NCBI GenBank assembly: GCA_964620355.1
Contig: CAZUIT010000001.1
Span: forward strand, 57,563-121,562
Direction of reading: 5' to 3'
DNA length: 64,000 nucleotides
Source: an uncultured Burkholderiales bacterium
GTDB lineage: Bacteria > Bacteroidota > Bacteroidia > UBA8524
The notes below the pieces were generated by a model, which made no database searches, had not been told where the DNA came from, and was given only the letters and a program-made list of their open reading frames with translations. The translations under genes were made by a program, and so were the position numbers. The number at the start of each line of letters is the position of its first letter. Position 1 is the stretch's first letter. Below, in pieces: positions 58,681 to 64,000 of the stretch.

Positions 58681-60005
58681 TCTTTGTGCTGCGTGATATA
58701 ATTTACTAATCCCCCACTCAATCTCATTAATTCAAGCTCTGAGCGCTTGAGGTTATAGAGGGCATTTGCATAACGGCCTTCCGATTCGATGCTAATTTGT
58801 TGCACATCCCTAAACTGAAAAGCATTGATACTTCCTGCATTGAGCTGAATTTGGGCCAATTTCACGTTTTCACGAGCCAATACTACATTCGATTGCTCAA
58901 ACTCTACCAAACGGTATTGAAGTAAATACTCCTCATAGGCTTGAATCAACTCCATCTCAAATGAATACTCGACATTCTCTCGTTGAATGGAAGCTCCCTC
59001 TCGTTTAAGCTTTGCAACCGCAACTTCTCGATTTACCTGTGAACCATTGAACAAATTATAGGTCAACCCAACTCCAGCTGCTGGGCCCAGGCTTTGATTT
59101 GATTTCAAAATACCTACCGCACTTTGTGAACTGATAAAACTGTACTCTGAGAATAACCCTAAACTTGGGTAACGCTGACTCTTCGCCGTGCGAATCCCAT
59201 TAACTGCTAATACCTCCTGCAGTTTGCTGTTTCTTAATTGTGTATTCTGCCTCATGCCATTCGCCCTGAGTTCTTCATATGGAAATATGGATAATGCACG
59301 CATGGTGTCGTTCAAGGTATAGCTTATGGAAGGAGAAGCCCCCATTTTCTGTTTCAGTTGAGTCTTAAGGTTTATGAGCATGGAACGCTCCTGCAGCCAC
59401 CGAGCACTATCCGCATTCAGATCAAGCAGGCTCTGCAGATAATCCAACCGACTTGTTTTCCCAAGTTCCATTTTCTTCTTGGCCAAGTCCGCCCTCAATT
59501 GACTATAAATGAGAACGGTATCCAAAGACATGAACAATTGTTCTCTTGCTGCAATTTCATAATAGAGGCGAGAAGCTTCATAGAGTTCGGCCTCCATTGT
59601 GAGGATCGTTTGCAATGCGGCAGCTTCTTCTTTTAGCTGGAGTTCATCGCGAATACTTTGCACATAAAACCCTTGGAAAAGAGTCCAATCAAGTCGAATA
59701 CCTAATGAAGCCGATTGATTCAGTGCACCATCTGCTGAACGAATATCTCCATTAAAAAACTCCTGGCGGGTATTAACAAGGCTATTCTGCTGAGTTCCAT
59801 TTAGGCTAATGCTAGGATAATAACCGGCCGCACCCAGCGTATTCTGCTCTGTTGCTACTGCCGCATCAATCCGTATTAGTCGGATGGAATAGTTATTGGC
59901 CAAGACACTATCGGCTACTTGATGCAGGGTAATAGGCACCTGTGCGTTGCTGGTGGTGGCAAGCATGAATCCCATACAAAGAAGAATCAGGCTATTTTTT
60001 ATCAT
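58677..60005 (-). CDS. TolC-family outer membrane efflux protein
   Basis: The signal peptide starts at ATG 60005 (MIKNSLILLCMGFMLATTSNAQ). Two repeated coiled-coil / beta-barrel halves are typical of the OEP family. It lies downstream of the RND pump. Confidence 0.75.
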   Translation of the reverse strand: MIKNSLILLCMGFMLATTSNAQVPITLHQVADSVLANNYSIRLIRIDAAVATEQNTLGAAGYYPSISLNGTQQNSLVNTRQEFFNGDIRSADGALNQSASLGIRLDWTLFQGFYVQSIRDELQLKEEAAALQTILTMEAELYEASRLYYEIAAREQLFMSLDTVLIYSQLRADLAKKKMELGKTSRLDYLQSLLDLNADSARWLQERSMLINLKTQLKQKMGASPSISYTLNDTMRALSIFPYEELRANGMRQNTQLRNSKLQEVLAVNGIRTAKSQRYPSLGLFSEYSFISSQSAVGILKSNQSLGPAAGVGLTYNLFNGSQVNREVAVAKLKREGASIQRENVEYSFEMELIQAYEEYLLQYRLVEFEQSNVVLARENVKLAQIQLNAGSINAFQFRDVQQISIESEGRYANALYNLKRSELELMRLSGGLVNYITQHKD

Positions 60006-63000
60006 GAGAAAGTTTTTGCATCGCAGACAAACGCGATTGGCGTGAACTAATAAACAAGAAAATGGCTGGAATAACATACAAGGTTAATCCCAATGAAAAG
60101 ATCAATCCACCAATAATGGCAATCCCCATAGGAATCCTACTTGTTGCCCCACCCAATGCCAGAGCAATCGGCAATGCGCCTAGAATGGTTGCCATGCTTG
60201 TCATTAATATAGGACGAAAACGCTGAACGGCAGCTTCGACTACAGCCATTTTATTCGACATGCCTTCTTGTTTCTTTTGATTGGCAAACTCAACGATCAA
60301 AATTCCATTCTTGGTGACAATACCAACGAGAACAATGATTCCGATTTGGCTAAATATATTCAATGTCTGGTCGAATATCCATAAAGAAAGGAGGGCCCCA
60401 GACAAAGCCAACGGAACGGTAATCATGATCGTTAGCGGGTCACGGAAACTTTCGAACTGAGCTGCCAATACCAGATAAATAAGAATCAAAGCCAACAAAA
60501 AGGCAAACTGCAAGCTGCCAGAGCTGTCTCGGTATTCTTTGGAGGTTCCAGTAAGGTCGGTACTAAACTTTTCATTCAGCAATTCCTTCGCAACACCCTC
60601 CATCACATCAATTCCATCGCCTAAGGTTTTTCCTTCAATCGGACGTGCGGAAACAGTGGCCGAAACAAAACGGTTATAACGATGCAATTGAGGCGGACTG
60701 CTTTCTGTTTCCATATCTACCAAGTTGGCGAGTTGCACTTGGTTACCGTCTTTATTTTTTACGTAGACTGAAGATAAATCCGCTGGCTCATTTCGGTTAT
60801 TGCGGGATGCTTGTCCGATTACTTGGTATTGCTTTCCATCTTTTATGAAATAGCCAAAGCGTTGCTGTCCGAATAAAAGCTGCATAGTCTCTGCAATATC
60901 GCGCACTGAAACACCCATCAAGCGCGCTTTTTCTCTATTGATAGATACTTTTAGTTCCGGTTTATTGAACTTCAGGTTAACATCCATAATTTCAAACTGA
61001 CCCGTAGCCATGGCGCTATCCATAAATTTAGGTAACACTTCTTTTAGTTCTTCAAAATTTGGCGCTTTTAATACAAACTGAAGTGGAAGTCCGCTATGGC
61101 GACCTCCACCAATCGTTTGGTCTTGAACTACGTAGGTGCGGGCAAAACTATATTGGCTTAACAGTTTCCCTAATTCAGAAGCAATCTGGCCCTGTGATTT
61201 GGTGCGTTCCTCAGGTTTAACAAGCGTTAATCGAACAAAACCAGAATTGATATTGATAGAAGAACCAAAACCCGGCGACGTAACACTTAACAGGGACTCT
61301 TTTTCCGGCATCGTATCGGTCAGGTTTACCAGCTCTTCAACATAGCGATCCATCAATTCGTAGGAAACACCTTCCGGCGCACTAGCCACGATTCGTAGGC
61401 GGCTTTTGTCTTCCATCGGTGCCAATTCAGATGGGATAGATGAGCCCAACCAATAAATACTAATCCCTGACACGGCTACAATGAGCCAGGCAATCTTAGG
61501 CCAATGCATAAACACATTCAAGCTACGTTTATAGAGGTCGTTTAAGCCCACGAAGAGCGATTCTGACCACAGGAGCCACTTCGCCTGAGAGCTGCTCTTT
61601 TTAAGAATCCGCGAACTCATCATTGGAGTTAGGGTAAGCGAAACGATGGTTGAAATAATTACGGTTCCAGCCACGACCATTCCAAACTCTCGGAATAATC
61701 TCCCAGTGAGTCCTTCTAAGAATATGATAGGCAAAAAAACCGCAGTAAGGGTAATGGTGGTGGAGATAACGGCGAAGAAAATTTCTTTGGAGCCCTCAAT
61801 GCCGGCCTGCATCGGTGGCATGCCCTTTTCAACCTTCGAATAAATATTTTCCATCACCACAATGGCATCATCCACCACCAAACCGGTAGCAAGTACAAGG
61901 GCCAAAAGTGTTAGGATATTGATTGAATATCCCAAGAGATACATGATAAAAAAGCCTCCAATGAGCGAAATCGGAATAGCAATTACCGGAATCAAGGTGG
62001 TGCGCCAGTTTCTCAAAAAGAGCAGAATGACCAAGACTACCAGCAAGAAAGCAATCAGAATAGTTTCTTGGACCTCAGTGATAGCACTACGAATAGACTG
62101 GGTGGTATCAAGTGCTACCCCAATTTTATAATCTGGAGGCAATTCCTTTTTTATCTGCTCGACACGCGCATAGGCCGCATCTGCAATTTCAATATAATTT
62201 GTTCCTGGTTGCGGGGTAATCGCAATACCAATCATAGGAATTCCACCATCCCCACGGAGAAGCGTACGTTCATTTTCTGGCAATAAGCGCGCAATGCCGA
62301 TGTCTTTAAAGCGGACCAATACACCGTCATTTTCTGAAATTATCAGATCATTAAATTCCTTTTCAGTGGTCAGTCTACCAAAAGTCCGAATGGTAAGTTC
62401 CGTTGCATAGCCTTCGACCCTTCCCGAAGGAAGCTCTACATTCTGTTGGTTGAGGGCAGTTCGAATATCGAGAGGGGTAAGTCCATAGGCCGACAATTTC
62501 GACGGGTCCATCTCCAGTTTCATGGCATATTTTTTCTCTCCCCAGATGCGAATTTCACTCACGCCAGGAATGGTTTGCATACGTTCTTTGAAGACATTAT
62601 TCCCTGTTTCGCTCAGTTCTAAAAGCGTTCTTTTATCACTTTGTACGGTGATGGACAGGATGGTTTCCGCATTGGCATCCGACTTCACCACAACAGGCGG
62701 GTCGGCATCTGGAGGCAGGTTCCGAACAGATCTAGACACTTTGTCGCGCACATCATTTGCGGCAGCTTCAAGGTCAATACCCAATTCAAATTCGACACTA
62801 ATGCTACTTCTTCCTTCGCTACTAATTGAAGTCAGCGCTTTAATCCCTGCAATTCCATTGATTGATTCTTCTAAAGGCTCAGTAATTTGTGACTCAATTA
62901 CATCGGCATTGGCTCCTGAATAATTGGTGGTAACGGTAATGATTGGAGGGTCGACACTTGGGAACTCACGAATACCCAAATAGGTGAAACCAATTATCCC

Positions 63001-63072
63001 GAAGAGCACAATAAAAATATTGATGACGGTGGCCATAACCGGCCTCTGTATGCTAAGGGTAGAGATATTCAT
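59992..63072 (-). CDS. RND efflux transporter permease (AcrB/HAE1 family)
   Basis: The 1026-aa product has 12 TM helices and two large periplasmic loops. Its N-terminus MNISTLSIQRPVMATVINI is typical of AcrB. Confidence 0.9.
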   Translation of the reverse strand: MNISTLSIQRPVMATVINIFIVLFGIIGFTYLGIREFPSVDPPIITVTTNYSGANADVIESQITEPLEESINGIAGIKALTSISSEGRSSISVEFELGIDLEAAANDVRDKVSRSVRNLPPDADPPVVVKSDANAETILSITVQSDKRTLLELSETGNNVFKERMQTIPGVSEIRIWGEKKYAMKLEMDPSKLSAYGLTPLDIRTALNQQNVELPSGRVEGYATELTIRTFGRLTTEKEFNDLIISENDGVLVRFKDIGIARLLPENERTLLRGDGGIPMIGIAITPQPGTNYIEIADAAYARVEQIKKELPPDYKIGVALDTTQSIRSAITEVQETILIAFLLVVLVILLFLRNWRTTLIPVIAIPISLIGGFFIMYLLGYSINILTLLALVLATGLVVDDAIVVMENIYSKVEKGMPPMQAGIEGSKEIFFAVISTTITLTAVFLPIIFLEGLTGRLFREFGMVVAGTVIISTIVSLTLTPMMSSRILKKSSSQAKWLLWSESLFVGLNDLYKRSLNVFMHWPKIAWLIVAVSGISIYWLGSSIPSELAPMEDKSRLRIVASAPEGVSYELMDRYVEELVNLTDTMPEKESLLSVTSPGFGSSININSGFVRLTLVKPEERTKSQGQIASELGKLLSQYSFARTYVVQDQTIGGGRHSGLPLQFVLKAPNFEELKEVLPKFMDSAMATGQFEIMDVNLKFNKPELKVSINREKARLMGVSVRDIAETMQLLFGQQRFGYFIKDGKQYQVIGQASRNNRNEPADLSSVYVKNKDGNQVQLANLVDMETESSPPQLHRYNRFVSATVSARPIEGKTLGDGIDVMEGVAKELLNEKFSTDLTGTSKEYRDSSGSLQFAFLLALILIYLVLAAQFESFRDPLTIMITVPLALSGALLSLWIFDQTLNIFSQIGIIVLVGIVTKNGILIVEFANQKKQEGMSNKMAVVEAAVQRFRPILMTSMATILGALPIALALGGATSRIPMGIAIIGGLIFSLGLTLYVIPAIFLFISSRQSRLSAMQKLSHDKK

Positions 63073-63074
63073 GG

Positions 63075-64000
63075 TTAGCGAACACTTTCTATGGCTTGAA
63101 CAGGCATGCCATCGCGTGCTTGCAAAATTCCGGTTAATAATATGCTGTCGCCAGCATCCAGTCCGCTTAGAATTTGAATATCATTGGCCCTGCGCAAACC
63201 AGTGCTTACCTTTTGGCTTTTAACCACACCATTTTTCACCAGAAAAACCATTTGTCCATTTAGTTCAGGAACTACGGCTTCCGAGGGAATCATAATGGCA
63301 TCATCAGTTTCTTCAAGTTCTAAAGAGATGGACAAATAACTTCCTGGAACAATCCGGCTTGCATCTCCATCACAAATAGCACGTACTTTTAGGTTACGGC
63401 TCCCGGCATTGATGCTCGACTCGAAAGCGTAAATCGTCGCGTCTAAGGTATCTGAACCCGAAGACGCAAAGGCATTCAATGGCATTCCTTTAATGATGCG
63501 AGAGGCATAAATCTCTGGGACTTCAAATTCAATTTTTATTGGGCGCTCTTGAACCAAACTGACCAAGGACTGACCAACCGATATATAGGCCCCTTCGCTC
63601 ACTTGTCTTAATCCAATTCTTCCTGAAAACGGTGCACGAATTAAGCAACGTTCAATTCGTACCAAGAGGATATCTAATTCAGCTTGTAAGCTGGCCACCT
63701 TATTTGCGCTCGCATCGTAAGCCTCCTGGCTAATTGCATCTGCTTTTAGCAATGAACTATTCCTTTCAAATTCTTTTTTGGCCAAGTTTAAGTTTACCTG
63801 AACATTTTTTGCCTGTGCTTGAAAGTCGCGATCATCGATTTGAAAAAGTGGGCTGCCCTTGCTGACTTCTGAACCCTCTTTGAATGAAATTTTTATTAAA
63901 CGACCACTTTCTTCTGCCTTGAGCTCTACCTGCTCATTGGCCATTACGGTGCCAGTCGTTTGAATAGATTCAATCAGGCTTTGGCCACTAACCTTTAAAA
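63075..64000 (-). CDS. RND efflux periplasmic adaptor (membrane fusion protein), 5' end beyond window
   Basis: TGTVMANEQVELKAEESGRL is the HlyD-family lipoyl / beta-barrel motif. The frame stays open upstream of the annotated Met to base 63998 (..KVSGQSLIESIQTTGTV..), so the gene is truncated by the window edge. Confidence 0.8.
   Translation of the reverse strand, partial: LKVSGQSLIESIQTTGTVMANEQVELKAEESGRLIKISFKEGSEVSKGSPLFQIDDRDFQAQAKNVQVNLNLAKKEFERNSSLLKADAISQEAYDASANKVASLQAELDILLVRIERCLIRAPFSGRIGLRQVSEGAYISVGQSLVSLVQERPIKIEFEVPEIYASRIIKGMPLNAFASSGSDTLDATIYAFESSINAGSRNLKVRAICDGDASRIVPGSYLSISLELEETDDAIMIPSEAVVPELNGQMVFLVKNGVVKSQKVSTGLRRANDIQILSGLDAGDSILLTGILQARDGMPVQAIESVR

Noticed and set aside
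59358-62923. Plus-strand ORFs of 62-133 aa inside the tolC and RND genes
   Set aside because: They are antisense shadow ORFs within well-supported efflux genes.
1-64000. CRISPR arrays, IS elements, rRNA
   Set aside because: I scanned the intergenic regions and found no regularly spaced direct repeats. I found no transposase or integrase-like ORFs and no rRNA-like sequence.

Overview
This window reads as a gene-dense chromosomal segment from a Bacteroidota genome. Five secreted proteins carry type IX secretion (T9SS) C-terminal sorting domains, and a Bacteroidetes-style -7 promoter box (TAnnTTTG) is visible upstream of at least two genes. I call about 53 protein-coding genes, one tRNA-Arg(CCT) at 55333-55404, and three rho-independent terminators. 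I see no CRISPR array, transposase, integrase or rRNA.

Housekeeping content:
- RNA/DNA processing and metabolism: a class V aminotransferase fragment at the left edge, an AMP-binding ligase, TrmB, tRNA-dihydrouridine synthase, glutamate dehydrogenase, phosphoglucomutase, DNA polymerase I and HflX.
- Phospholipid genes: PssA, Psd and CdsA.
- Other: PurS, an M28 peptidase and a GH3-family protein.

Accessory or noteworthy content:
1. The most unusual locus (28540-35727) is a tightly coupled five-gene operon. It encodes a 754-aa E1-like (ThiF/MoeB) domain fused to an FMN-nitroreductase-like domain, then a 228-aa GNAT-like small protein, a 7TM-DISM sensor histidine kinase, a receiver-histidine kinase hybrid, and a receiver protein. 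A divergent receiver gene sits 130 bp upstream. This looks like an undescribed signal-production/sensing module.
2. A four-gene putative periplasmic glycosylation operon (2390-9646) combines a DUF2723 / O-mannosyltransferase-like protein, two further large polytopic membrane proteins and a GT2 enzyme.
3. A lipoprotein with a KE-rich repeat region and a C-terminal cysteine cluster.
4. A FecR-domain lipoprotein interrupted by a frameshift, carrying a His/Gly/Lys-rich tail.
5. A geranylgeranyl-reductase-family flavoprotein next to an alpha-helical protein with two DDxxD-like motifs (possible terpenoid enzyme).
6. An AT-rich block of small secreted hypothetical proteins.
7. An orphan CheR/CheB pair.
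8. A TolC/RND/MFP efflux operon that runs off the right edge.
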